From Eledone cirrhosa (Eukaryota), in NCBI GenBank assembly GCA_964016885.1, contig OZ024742.1:88412001-88476000 (forward strand): a stretch of DNA of 64,000 bases, in the 5' to 3' direction. Positions 1-14,389 of this stretch are shown here, in pieces. Position 1 is the stretch's first letter; every line of letters starts with the position of its first letter. A model generated the notes under the pieces. The model searched no databases. It was not told the DNA's origin and saw only the letters and a program-made list of their open reading frames with translations. A program made the translations under genes and the position numbers.

Positions 1-1005
1 CCTAGGTCTCCTAACGGTGTGGTTTCCCCCTTAAAATCGGTCCAGAGATTCTTTCCTCAGACATTCTAAACACATGCTCATAGTATTGGAGCTGCGATTC
101 TACAATTCGGAGAAGTACCGACTCTTTCTTGAGTGACTGTCTGATCTCTGCACTACGAACATTTTCGAGCAACGTTACTCCAAGTACCATACGGCGTATT
201 CCATTTCCGCTGCTTGTATTCGTGAATCTATGATTTCGGACATTACACAAGATTCATGACCATAGGTAAGGGTTGGCATGAATACTGAATTGAAGACAAC
301 GTGTTTGGCTTTTACGGCTACCTCCCTTTTTCTGATTGCCTAATGTTGAAACTGGGGCATTACTACACTAGATCCTTCCTTCCTAGCACTAGCTTCATCC
401 CCCTGGTTTCCATCACTCATGAACACGGCCCCGAGATACTTGATCTCCTGCACTTACTTCAATGGAACTCTGTTCACATATAGAGTGCACTGCACATGCT
501 TCCCCGAGAGGACGAGGGTCTCAGTTTTCGCAGCACTCATTTTTATTCCAGCCATGCAGCACTTGGCCTTAAACCTATCAAGTGAAAGTCGAAGATCATA
601 TTCTGTTGAGTTAAGTGGCACCATCTCGTCTGCAAATTCTGCCGATTGATTTTACACCCACCAGTCATGATACCACTTCCACCGCAGGTGAGCATGTCAG
701 TCCTGTTCATGTAAATAATGAACATGAACAGGAGAGATGACAGTACACTCCCTTGGCGGAGTCCGACACCCACATTAAATGGTTTCGACTAAGCACCATT
801 TATCCGAACACAAATAATTGGGCATTCATATAGAGACATCATGGCAGCAAGTAGATGACAATCAATCCCATAATCCTGCACAACCTTCCACAGCAGGTCC
901 CGAGTAATGAGATTATATGCCTTTTTAAGATCGATGAATCAAGAATATATTTCTTGGCAATACTTCCATAGTTTCTCTAATACCTGCCGCTGTGTGAATA
1001 ATTGT
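1..1005 (-). mobile_element. Decayed RTE-type LINE fragment (RT domain and C-terminus)
   Basis: Minus-strand frames give GVGLRQGSVLSSLLF (RT QG motif) and LLRIVESQLQYYEHVFRMSEERISGPILRGKPHR (RTE-like C-terminus); frameshifted. Confidence 0.75.
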
Positions 1006-1334
1006 AGGCTGTGCTGCGCCCGGAGCGAAAACTATACTCTTCATCAACTAGTTTGGACTTTAGCATTGACTTTACAGAGGAGGATTAATTGGAGATCCTT
1101 GTATAATTGTAATAATCTCTCTTCTCTCCCTTTTTGAAAATATCGCATTATCAATCACGATTGCCATTGCATAGGTGTCTTTCCATAGATCCAGGCCACC
1201 CGCCATACAGGTGTCAGCCATAGAATACCTTCTATATTTAAGGCGTTTAACATCTCTGGCTGGATTCATCATCCCTAGCGGCTTTGATACAGTTGAGCAC
1301 TTTAATAGTTCTTGCGACATGAGCCTCTGATAGG

Positions 1335-1876
<542 letters not shown>

Positions 1877-2480
1877 CAGAATTGTCGCAAGAAATAATCA
1901 CATATATACACATGCATAGTTGTAGAAGTATATTTAAATGTTAAATGTAAGCACTTGAAAATAATTGTTTTTTTTTTAACTAAAAATTCGTGGCAGTTTG
2001 ATGTTAAGAGGATTAATATAATAGGCACGTCAATCCCTACATAACTGAAAACATATTGCAGACAGAGTATATATAAAATCTTTAATGTGCCAATGTTTGA
2101 CATTTCTTCACAAATTACGTACAGTAGAAAACAACGATTTGTGCTATTTCTTCTCGCTAATGATATATATTTTGCAAACGATGTGGTAGGGGGGACGGGT
2201 GTCATAGATCTACATGATATAAGTGTCGGGTTTTCAGAATAACTATGATATTTATTTTTCTAATCATACACGGGTTAGGAAGTCGTGTGATTATTTCTTT
2301 ATATTTCATATGCGTAATAATGATAGTCTCTCCTGCATTTAGACTTCCCAAGCATTCAATTCGAAGTAGAACATGCATATTATTGTCCTTAAAATTCATG
2401 CTTACACTTATAGCTTTCTACGTCTGTCGCTGTATATGAGACCAACTAACGATAGTTCTGAGTGAATGGTTTCCAATTTC

Positions 2481-2809
2481 TAGAGTGTAATCTGAATTAT
2501 ACTTTTAGAATGTCTTTATATCTGTAATATAGACGTAATATATCAATTCTATTTATGCTCTTTAGAGTATAATCTGAATTATACATTTAGAATGTCTTTA
2601 TATCGGTAATATAGACGTAATATATCAATTCTATTTATGCTCTTTAGAGTATAATCTGAATTATACTTTTAGAATGTCTTTATATCTGTAATATAGACGT
2701 AATATATCAATTCTATTTATGCTCTTTAGAGTATAATCTGAATTATACTTTTAGAATGTCTTTATATCGGTAATATAGACGTAATATATCAATTCTATTC
2801 ATGCTCTTT
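2481..2809. repeat. Minisatellite, 4 x 82 bp
   Basis: Unit tagagtataatctgaattatacttttagaatg...tttatgctctt starts at 2481, 2563, 2645 and 2727. Confidence 0.95.
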
Positions 2810-3110
2810 ATGTATGGTGACAGTTTACTACATTTATATTAATGCCTTATAAACAGCTCCTGATCGCCATTTCATATAGATCTGAAGCCCTGATGGATCT
2901 GATGGTTATCATTACTGATGAATTAGGTTAATGAATGTGTTACACATACCTACATTTATATATATATACTATATGCATGGTTGTGTAACTAAAAAAAACG
3001 TTTGTAAATCAGTTCATTACATAAAGTGTATGAAACACTTTCAGTTACGTCTAAAGCTTATACTAACACACGCAAACACACAAGCACACACATACATACA
3101 TATATATATA

Positions 3111-5996
3111 TAAGGAAAAAAGATGAAATCGAAAACGCAACTGGAGTGTCATTTTTTAAAAATATATATTTATTTGGTTCCTTTACCGGTTTCGCAGTCC
3201 TTCTGCTTTCCAAAAGTAGAATTGAGATGGAGGGTTTGTAGTTTTTCTCACATCTGGTTGGTGTATGAATGTTACTTCTGTTTTATTTGGAAAAAAGTGG
3301 CTCGAAATGCTAGGTTTTTACAGAAGTAATTTGGTTGGTTGGTGAATAAGCATAATAACTTTCGCACCAGTTCGCGTTACAAAGTTCTTATTATATGTGC
3401 CTTCAAAAAGGGGGGGGGGGGGGGGCTCAGGTTTTTTTTTCATATATGAGTGAAGTTTGGTTGGTTGATGCAGTCACGTGATTAAGCACATCAGCTTTCG
3501 TGCCAGTATGTGTTTGAATTTCTTTCTACTTAAAAAAAAGGTGGCTCACGAAGGCTTTTTTTTTTTATCAATGTAATTTGATTTGTTATAAATGATATTA
3601 TGACTGTCACGTGAAGAAATACATTCAATTTCGCGCCCGTATTTTGGAATTTGTTTGCAGTGAATATGGCTGGTGTGCTGGGGTTCAGAATTCAGACATT
3701 CTATTGAAATAAAGAAAGTAGAAATATGTATGTTTATTTGTGTGCTGGTGTGTATGTGTGTGTGTGTGGGGGGGGGGGGGGGATGATTCTATTAGTAGAA
3801 ATGGTGGAGGGAGTTGTGTGTGTGTATGGGTGTTATGTATATCTCTGTATGTATGTGTGGGAGTATGGTTAGCATGTTAATATGGAGAGAATATATATAT
3901 TTTGTGTGTTGTGTGTGTGTGAAGAGAAATAATTCACGTATTAGAAATGGGGGAGGGACTATGTGTGTGTGGGGGGGGGGGGGGGGTTAGCATGTTAAGG
4001 TGTTAGAATATTAACGTATGTTAAGGTTTATTTAGTTCTGGCTTTTATTTTCTAAAATAGGTGTTAAGTGTGTGTGTATGTATGTGTATTGTTGGATGGT
4101 TAGCATGTTATGGTGTTGACATAATGTATATTAAACTATATTTAATGCTGGTCTATATTTTTGAATAAACATATTTTCCTTATTGATTCCTATTTGTTCT
4201 GTTGTATTGTCAGCGCAAAGATAAAATGGGAAGACTTGGAATTTGGGTGTCCTATTACTTTCACATAGTGGTATCTGTCTCGTGGTTGGATCTCGTAATT
4301 GTTGGCTATGAACTGTCATTCTGTTTCTCAGTGTGAGTTTAGTTTGTCCTATATAATCTTCTTTGCATTCTTTACATTTAATGGCATGAAGTAGAATTTT
4401 TGATGAGCATGTGAAGTGATTTTTTTACAGCAAAATGTTGTCCTGATTGAAATGTATACGTGTTGCCTTCAGTGAGGTGAGTGCAGGTTCCACAATTAGA
4501 GCGACCACATTTTTGACAGTTGATTGTGGGTTTGGGTAAGTAATTTGGCATTGGTGAGTAATGTTTTTAATGTTGTCTTTTGCTTTTGATTATTTTGTGT
4601 GTCTCAAGGGCTTTGTTCATTCTTGGGTCTTGTTTCATTCTTGGAATCTTGTGAATAGTGTTGTAAGCTTCCGCATTTCTTGGGTTGTGTGTTGAGATAT
4701 ATGATATAATATTGGACGTACCTTGAATTTGTTTCTGCTTTCGTAACTCATCAATGCCTATTGCTTTAGCCTTTCTATTCCATTGTTTATTAGTAATGAT
4801 GGGTACTGTCTTTCGGTTAGAATTTCTTTTAATTCTAGAAGTCTTTTATTTCGCGTTTCATAATTGGAGAGAATTGGGCATATTCTTCTTGCTAGGTTAA
4901 AAGGGATGTCCATCTTCGTGTGCATTGGATGGTTGGAGGTGAAAAGCAGGTATTGTTTGGAATCTGTTGGATTGTAGTGTATGTCAGTTTCAATATTTGT
5001 GTCTTTTTTATGATTAAGATGTCCACAAATAGGAGTTGATCTTGGCTGTATTCCATTTTGAATTCGATGTGGTTATTGATGCCGTTAATTAAATTTTTTT
5101 AATCATTTAGTTGGTCGAGTGTGTGAGACCAATGAATGAGACAATCATTCAAGTAGCTTTACCAATTCTCTGATAAATGTTTGTGGGAGTTCAATCCGTA
5201 TTTTAATTTGGACTGTTCATATATCTGGACTGCCATGTATGCCATGACTAAGTTGGCATAAGATGGAGCGACTTTTGTACCCATCGCAGTCCCTGATATT
5301 TGCTTGTTAGTACTGCCATCGAAATCGAAAAGGTTGTTCGTAGAATAAATTTTAATCGCTAGGTGATGAACATTTTTTCGAATCTGTCAGGTATCTCATT
5401 CGGATATTTCTCTAGCCAGAATCCTATTGCTTCTAGTCCGTATTGGTGTCGGATCGTTGTGTAGAGATTCACTACATCGAAAGACACAATGATAGTGTCG
5501 TTGTTGACATGTTTGGCGGGGTTGTTTAAGAGGTCCAGACCGTCTCTTACATGGCTTGGTATGTGTTTGAGAATTGGTTGTAATAGTACGTCTATAAAGT
5601 TGCTTAGTCTGTGTGATTCACAGTGTGGGCCCGTTACAATTGGTCTTAATTTAAGGTATGTGCGGTATTGTGTGTTCACGCAGGTTGAGGTGGATTGTTT
5701 ACAGGCATCGTTAATTATTTTACACTTGTGGATCTTCGGAAGTCCGTAAATGTTGCTGGTTTTGTATTCAAAATGTGTTAAATTATCGCGTTCCTTTTTA
5801 GTTTAGTCTTCCTGGTGTCGACAAATGAATGTGTTTTATCTGGTCATCGTTTTTGATTGCTGGTTGTTTTTTTACTCTTTCATAGTATTTAGTATCTTGT
5901 AAGAGAGAGAACATAGAATGTTTATATTGTTCAGCATCCATAATGACGACAGTATTTCACTTGTCCGCTTCCTTAATTATAATGTCAGTATGATTT
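3111..5996 (-). mobile_element. Neptune-like Penelope element, 5'-truncated and decayed (RT + GIY-YIG + 3' UTR/pLTR)
   Basis: RPIVTGPHCESHRLSNFID, VSFDVVNLYTTI, GTAMGTKVAPSYANL, CKECKEDYIGQTKLTLRNRMTVH; HHR-like motif at 3180-3217; 3' end abuts TA repeats. Clade assigned from motif memory. Confidence 0.85.
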
Positions 5997-7459
5997 TAAT
6001 TGGTCAAGCGTGGTGAGTACGGATAATCACTGACCTGACCAAAACGAAAACAGAAAACGGTGGAGATCAATGAGGGAGGGTTTCCTCCCGTAAGAGTGAA
6101 AAGTCCTGGATTTAATATATGATTGAATATATATAAATATACCGTGACTTTCATAAGAAAAATGATATACCTTTCTATCTTCTTCAATACAGTGGCTAGT
6201 AGAGAGTTGACCTTACATCGCTATCGTGAATAGGTAATCATTTCCAACCGGGAAACATTTGCTGTCAAGTACAGCTGCGACTTTAATAATACCTGGATTA
6301 TGTGGCCCCTCAGTTTTCCCATACTTAAATTCAGCCTACTGGTGTTGAAGATGATGCTAAGACAATGCTGCTGTGGGTATTGAACTCACGGATATCTGTC
6401 ACTCAGTAGCCTGGTCATTAAAGTAGTTCTGTACACACAGGTTATGGTTTATGCTTTTTCTGTTTTGCCTATTGGTGCGGAAGCTATTATACAGCCTGTC
6501 AAATTCGCTGATTACCCATCTGCTCTCAACCTCCTTTCAATTTTGATATATGCCGAGATAATGCACCACATGTCACTCGACTGAAGGACAATAACTAGTT
6601 ACTTTTTTCCAAAGGTAATGTGAGGAGGGTGATAATACTTCCGAAGCGCAGGCATCACTTGATAATCCTACTCTCTAAACTACGAGGATGTTTTCGGCAA
6701 GGAAAATCGGAGCTATTCATTGATAGTTGGGGCAATCAGATTTCATTCGTTCTTGTAATTGCGGTGATGATTCCATTGTGGACATGATGAAATTTGATAT
6801 GCAGTGCTGGTGTTCCATTCTTCCAAATCTCTGGCAGAATTATTCCAGAGTCCGCTCCCTATCCATTCATGTTTCGGATGTATTGTAGCCCATTTAGTTT
6901 CTTCCATAACTGGCGTCTCGTCTAGCATTGTATCCATTCGATTTTAAGAGATGTGATGTTTCCTTTAGATGTGGACCATGTAGGTGATTCTGAGGAAAGT
7001 CTGTAAATAGTCACTCATTGAGATATGCCGGTGGCCATGCGCATCCAACCATCTACTTCACCACGAGAATGGAACTGAAAATCATGGACTCAACGTAGCC
7101 AACAAGTTGACTTGGTTAGTGACCATTCTTGTATCCGTGGCTAAAACAAAGACATGTTGGTAAAACCTTCCGGAAAAGGAAAGACAGTTAAGATTGAGAA
7201 GGAGCTCAGCAAGCCGGAGAAAAGTAGAAGTAATAGGATAGTGCGTAGGCCGTAGATATGAAAAAATATATCAGAGCGCACGGAGACTGTCATCCTGAGG
7301 GGTGATGATGTAGAGAGTGCTGATTTACATGGTAAAGAGAAGGCGAGAGGTGCCCGAATAGAATGAGATGTCAAACCGTCGTTCCGTGGATGTATGAGGG
7401 GATGTCATTTACTAGGGGTGGGAATTTCGGAGGATGTCAAGATATTGGTGGTAATTTTA

Positions 7460-7521
7460 GTATATATATATATATATATATATAATATGAAAGTATTGCA
7501 CCATGAAAAATATAGACTCCC

Positions 7522-7555
<34 letters not shown>

Positions 7556-7760
7556 CGTGTGCGGGTGTGGGTGTGTGTATGTGTATGTGTATGTGTGTGT
7601 GTATCTGTGTGTGTGTATGTGTGTACGTGTGCATGTGTGTGTGTGTATATGTATGTGTATTGGTGTGTGTATGTGTGTATGTGTATGTACGTGTGTATGT
7701 GTGTGTGCGTGTGTGTATGTGGTGGGGATTGTGGTATGTGGGTGTGTGTGTGCATATGTT
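7460..7760. repeat. (TA)n/(TG)n compound microsatellite
   Basis: Direct reading. Confidence 0.9.
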
Positions 7761-8157
7761 ATAAGCAGAAACGCCACATTGATATTTATCACCACCAGGC
7801 AATTGCGTCCTTCATCTGGTCAGACAAATTACTGGCAGTGTATTTTATCCCATGAATATGATACTGCACTTATGATGAGAGTTTAACAACACCTCGGAGA
7901 CAGTAATATTGGTGTGTTGCATATAAGATAATAACAAATACAAGTATAGACATGGAACTTGTAGGATGGTCTTATCGACTAAATTTTAATCTAGAATTGA
8001 ATGTACAAAATATCGCGCATGTAAATGTAAAATACAAACGCCAGAAGCTGTTGGAATATGACGTTCTTCGGTGCAAAACAGAGCGAAGCAATGATTTCCG
8101 CCATTTAGATGTGCTACCGGCTGAAAGACCAAATTATTGGCATAGCAAACAGAATTA

Positions 8158-8158
8158 G

Positions 8159-8219
<61 letters not shown>

Positions 8220-8257
8220 CAGTAGTAGTAGTAGTAGTAGTCGTAGTAGTAGTAGTA
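8158..8257. repeat. (TAG)n microsatellite
   Basis: About 33 near-perfect TAG units. Confidence 0.95.
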
Positions 8258-8438
8258 GACAAGCAAGAGATGTTGAAAATAGTTGATAAAAGCCGAGAAA
8301 AAGAAAATATGGAGTGGAGGAAAAACGTAGAAATAAAGGTAGTACAGTTCAACCAAATGGAAACAGAGTGTGTATGTGCATGTTTAGATGGATGTATATA
8401 TATAAATATTGCGATAGTGTACTGTTGTGGGATACATA

Positions 8439-9171
8439 TCTGTATATATATACAATTAAGTATGTGTGTGTGTCTGTGTATTATCTATAGGGGCCTACAT
8501 CTTACGACCGATCTTCATGAAACTTTACAGGCTCATAGATTAGTCATTGGGAGTATTTTCTCTGTATCAATGTATTTATTTTTTTTATTCCAGGGTCATT
8601 CTGCAGATAAACATCAATAGGTTGGGAGGTCACCTTTTTTTAGGTATCGAAAAATAAGATGTTTGGCTCTAGCTCCTACATTTTGCCACCGATTTCGTTC
8701 AACTGTTAAAGCAAAATATAATTTATCATTGCACATTCTGTAATGGCTTTATGTTTTGATTTCGTTCAAATTCGAAACTTCAGCTCCACCTCACACATAA
8801 ATCAATTTATTTGGTTCAACTTTTATACTACGATAGAACGTATCATTGCACATCTTATAGATAGTCAAAGGGAAAAGGATGGCCACTGACGTCGTCTGAG
8901 CGTTTAGTTGTGTATTTGAGAATTCATCGGTTTCCAATCAAGTAGCGTGAGGAAATTTGGCTTAGTGTTAGAGGTCATTACCTCCCTTCCCCAGCTTGGC
9001 CCTTCGTCAGTCACCCGCGTTTCTCAGTGATAGAGGTCATCACCACCCTTCCCCGCATTGCCTGTGTGTGGCCATAGATGAGCCATCGAGAAGCAGTCGC
9101 TAAGATCAACACCTTTTCATCAAAGCAGATATTATTTTACCTACCCAGGCAACGCTGGATACTGCGGCTAG
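8439..9171 (+). mobile_element. Non-autonomous Helitron
   Basis: Starts TC at 8439 after an A; ends with hairpin ccaggcaacgctgg then CTAG (9168-9171) followed by T, i.e. an A|T target; internal ccgatcttcatgaaacttt motif typical of invertebrate Helitron derivatives. Confidence 0.65.
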
Positions 9172-9358
9172 TAATATATAAAGTAAGTAGAATCGGAGTC
9201 AGTTACAGCATATGTAGAAACTTTACTGGCATACTACAATAGTGTCAACATCGATCAACTCAGTGTATTATCTGAATGACAGGAGCTCGACATCTCCTCA
9301 GATCTTTTTCGACATCTCAGATATTCAAGATTATAATAACAAAGACGACGCATCCATA

Positions 9359-9411
<53 letters not shown>

Positions 9412-9444
9412 AAGAAATTAATAGATGGTTAACAAAGTTCCATA

Positions 9445-9514
9445 TATTTTATTATGCGCATTTCGAAAACAACATCATCCTGGGACAAAAATTGTGTGCT
9501 CATCAGATAAAATA
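9445..9514 (-). ncRNA. Type I hammerhead ribozyme (family of 63468)
   Basis: Reverse complement: tattttat-CTGATGA-stem II-GAAA-tgcgca-TA-ataaaata; 8-bp stem I; palindromic stem III. Confidence 0.85.
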
Positions 9515-9668
9515 AGGTAACACGATATGAGGCCTAATATAACTTGTGAACAGGAAAGTGTCCAGTCTACATATGACAAAAATATAAGAAAAAATAGAAA
9601 AAATAAAGAAAAGGAAAAAGAAATAGAAGAGAGGAAAAAAAAAGGAGGAGAGAGAAAGAGAAAGAGAA

Positions 9669-9713
<45 letters not shown>

Positions 9714-10349
9714 ATGTGTGTGTGTTTCTACCAGTTAATGCATTCTTGATTATCTTATCCTTATATATGGCACCACATTAACACACCTATGTCAAATAAA
9801 ACTATTGCTATTTGTCTCCCGAATGTAACGTTTTTTATTCTTTTTCTTTTTCGGATATAAATGCAAATATATTCCTATTATTGTTTTATACATTCTGATA
9901 TATATTCTTTGACCAAGAAAAAATACAGAATAAGGCAAATATGTCTTAGCATGTCTACTTTGAGCATTAATAAATTTACATTTTTGCCACCAGCATGTAA
10001 TTCATGAGAGACGCAGCCAAGTAACTCTACATGCATAACGTATTAAAGGGTGATGCAGATCTGAGGTTCATCATAATTTAGACTTTCCTGGTTCGAATCT
10101 CATGAACGAACATGAAATATATATGAACCCCATCGTCTTTAGCGTTGTTTAATTACATGTTCAAGGAATATAAACCCATACGCGTCTCTGACCACATTCT
10201 CATATCTGCATGAATCATTTACCCATGTAGGTCAACTTTAATTCATAGTTTAATTCAACTTTAATTCAATGAACTGTCTATATTTTGACACGCAAGCACA
10301 CACATACACACACACACACGCGCGCATACATATACACATATACATATTA

Positions 10350-10444
<95 letters not shown>

Positions 10445-10473
10445 TGGGTGTGGGTGTGTAAGTATATATATAT

Positions 10474-10680
10474 ATAACAAAGAAGGTGTGTTAAGATACC
10501 AGGTGGACGCAACAGATTACACGTTACTTATGGCAGTAGAGTGGGCAATATGAAAAGAGGCAGGACCCCGACGGCTGAGCTCCGGCCATTTCGAGAGCTA
10601 GATACAAACTCGAATTTGGAACTAGCTGTCGAAACAGCCGGAGCTCAACCGTTTGCCGTTTGGGTCCTGATCCTTTTCAT
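10474..10680. mobile_element. Mini fold-back of the Naiad-like terminus (family of 26957 and 37543)
   Basis: ggaccccgacggctgagctcc... is inverted as ...ggagctcaaccgtt..gggtcc; left arm about 75 nt longer; (TA)n on both sides. Confidence 0.75.
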
Positions 10681-10744
10681 ATATATATATATATATATAG
10701 TGACGAAACATAAGTCAATTGCATGAACTGATAATCCTTTATTT

Positions 10745-10800
10745 ACTGCTATATATATTTCGATGATAGCCATTGAATGGATATTACCTCATCAGGCAGT
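10745..10800 (-). ncRNA. Type I hammerhead ribozyme (family of 15516)
   Basis: Reverse complement: actgc-CTGATGA-ggtaatatccattcaatggctatcatc-GAAA-tatata-TA-gcagt. Confidence 0.8.
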
Positions 10801-10859
10801 TAGTCAGTTCTTAGATATGCCAGTTCTGTGTGTTTAGTGTTGATGGTATCAGACACTTG

Positions 10860-11536
<677 letters not shown>

Positions 11537-11565
11537 GTGTGTATGTATATATATATATGTATATA

Positions 11566-11975
11566 TAATAAACAAATGCTTTATCACTCTACACATTGAG
11601 CTGAATACAATAAATGTAATCTGTGTTTTGCGAATATTAATAATACTATTCGATTCGTTTACAATTATACAAACCGCCTCTTTAAAGCTATGTCTGTAGA
11701 ATGAAGCCATCTTTCTTCTTCTTGTGTTGACATATAAAAAGAACTGCAGACAAAAATTATTCTGGGTGATAAGACTTCATCATTGCGGTATACTGCTTAT
11801 CTGCCAAGTTTCAGAGCTAGTGAAAAGATATGATATTTTCTCAAATATACAGTGAGTGATCGGCCTGATTTGCATATCAGCAGATAGACTAGTCAGTTTC
11901 ATCTGTAGGAGCTATTAACGGCGGCTTTGCCATATTCAAATAACGAACAAATGCTTTATCGCTCTACATGGCTTG
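11566..11975 (-). mobile_element. PLE-type terminal fragment with degenerate HHR (family of 59307)
   Basis: Shares gagctagtgaaaa..tgatcggcctgatttgcatat with 59512-59577; decayed HHR at about 11743-11790. Confidence 0.6.
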
Positions 11976-11980
11976 ATATA

Positions 11981-12079
<99 letters not shown>

Positions 12080-12317
12080 GTTTGTATTTGTAAAGTCACA
12101 ACAATGCAGGTATGTACATAGAATATAAATGGAAATGCAAAAGATATCATCTCGAAAATTAAGGACATTTAAATAAATCTAAGGTAAAAGACTAATTGTC
12201 AACAATACCTTTGGCATTTGCATTTTTATTCTATGTCCATAGCTGCATTGTTTTGGCTATATAAATACAAACGTTTATACCTCATTACATAATGCTTCAA
12301 GTGAACCATGACTTCCT

Positions 12318-12388
<71 letters not shown>

Positions 12389-12489
12389 AAAATGTGCATA
12401 TGTATGTAAAAATGTGCATATGTATGTGTATATATATACATATATATACATGTATGCATATGCATGTATATATATATTTATATTCATAT

Positions 12490-14385
12490 ATTCGGAATAA
12501 CAGGTTTTCGTTATAGGCAGTCCACTTAGAAGTAGTCCAGTTAGAGTACTCCTTGTAATGGAGAGCATTAACGTGTGGCTTAGTTTGACTCTACAAGACG
12601 TTTCCATAACGATGATGCGAGTTCGCGGTGATTTCTATGTACTTTATACTTGGAGTAATAATAATTCAAGAAAGAAGGGTGACATGGTTCGTTATACAAT
12701 AAGGGCTTTATTCACATTGCTGACAATTGTTTCTTTTATCTGCTAGGTCTAGAGTTGGCTACCCGCTTGATTTTGCGTCAATCGATCTCCAATGCTTTTT
12801 TTATAACCAGTCGTTTTCATCAGAGCACGCGAAAGTGAAGAAGATACACAAGGAATGGCTTTTATATAGGAGTGGTATTAAACCAGAACAATAATATCAA
12901 TAATAAAATAAAATAACTAGATAGTAAATAGTTAAAATCATAACATCAATATAAGTAAGAAATAGAGTATAATGATGAATCTAGCATGTTAAACGAACTG
13001 ATATGATACAGATGTATGAAGCTGATATGTGAAAACTGATGTAGGGTACATTTGATATAGTGTTAAGGTGGCGAGGAGATAACAGTAACAACTAAAATGT
13101 ACTTGGAGTCTGGATTTATGAGGTATATGCTTTGTTGTAAGTATGCTGGCAATAAACCGGAGATTTACTTATTGTTTGACAGATAAACGTGTTCGTTGTA
13201 TTAATTTAGAGAGAATGATAGTTTTTATGTGGTGTTAAGTGGAGTTGTAGATTTGTCATTTAAGTGGCCTATACTAAAAGTAGGGATTGTTAGTTTGAAT
13301 CATGGGGACTTTGTTTTCACAACATCAATAACAAATCGTGTATAAATAAGACAATAATAACATCAATAATACAGACAATAAAGGTAATAAAATAGTAAAA
13401 TATGCATGGTAGATATAGAGAACATGATGAATAATATTAGGGATACATTGAGATGTTCATAATAATAATAATAAGAAAGTAAGATTTCAAGGAGTGTAGG
13501 AGTAATAAGGTAATGTACTTAGAATTAAGTTGATCTGTTAGAGATGGTGAGTGTTAATGTGAGATATAATTGTTTGATCAGAACGAGTGAACAACAGCAA
13601 ATATGGGATTGATTTATGGACTGATAAGATAGTTGTAGACATTACTGCCACATCTCAGTGGTATATAATTAGGGAGGCTAGAAGGTGTTTATAGAAGATT
13701 GTGGGCTGGGTGAGAATGCGGATTTCATATGTTAAATGTTAAGTGATGTTGGTTCGAATCACGGTGATTTAAATCTCGCGAATTTTGTAGCAATCCTATG
13801 TCTGCAGAAAATTGACCTTTCTATTTTGTTGTTGAGTAGCATTTTATCGTTCCTCAAGATATGCAGCGATTCAAGGTTGCAGAGCCCTCAATGGGACATA
13901 CCGCTGCAATATGCCTTTGCGGCCGCCAATTTCGACCAGCTAATATTGTAATCAAAGTTTATGTCCTTAAGTTGCCAGATTTTATTGTCAACGGTTGTAG
14001 AATTTACCAGTGCACGGTTCTTCATTGAATGTCTGAGGCACATACCATCTTGTTTGAAAAACACCCGCGGTGGATCCAATGTAGTACCAAGTGGAGTTGC
14101 CCGAGTTTACAGTACACATGTACACTAGGCTTGAATCAAGGCACCTATTCGTTAATGGGAACTTATCCGGTAGGTGACAATTGCAGTTCGAGGTATTACT
14201 CCGTGCAGCTTTCACATTTCGGTTTTGCAAACTGTTATATGTGGGTTGTGATTCATGCCTATTGAAGTTTTGCTGTGGTGCGTTCATGTGCGTTTGTGGT
14301 TGTGATACGGTAATGTGTTTGTGTTTAGTGTTTGGTGCTATGTTGCGTATAGGTGGGATATCTTTCCTAGAGGTATTCATATATA
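12490..14385 (-). mobile_element. Naiad-like PLE 3' part (GIY-YIG + long 3' UTR) with HHR at 12718-12827
   Basis: CNCHLPDKFPLTNRCLDSSLVYMCTV..YYIGST; NSTTVDNKIWQLKDINFDYNISWS; tgct-CTGATGA..GAAAC-aatt-GTC-agca. Confidence 0.75.
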
Positions 14386-14389
14386 TACA

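Noticed and set aside
2481-2809. Possible CRISPR-like array
   Set aside because: Contiguous 82-bp units without unique spacers, in a eukaryotic context with no cas genes.
9225-9305. HHR-like ctgagga..gaca motif on the minus strand; similar weak case at 17762-17803
   Set aside because: Stem I absent or core broken, so not counted.
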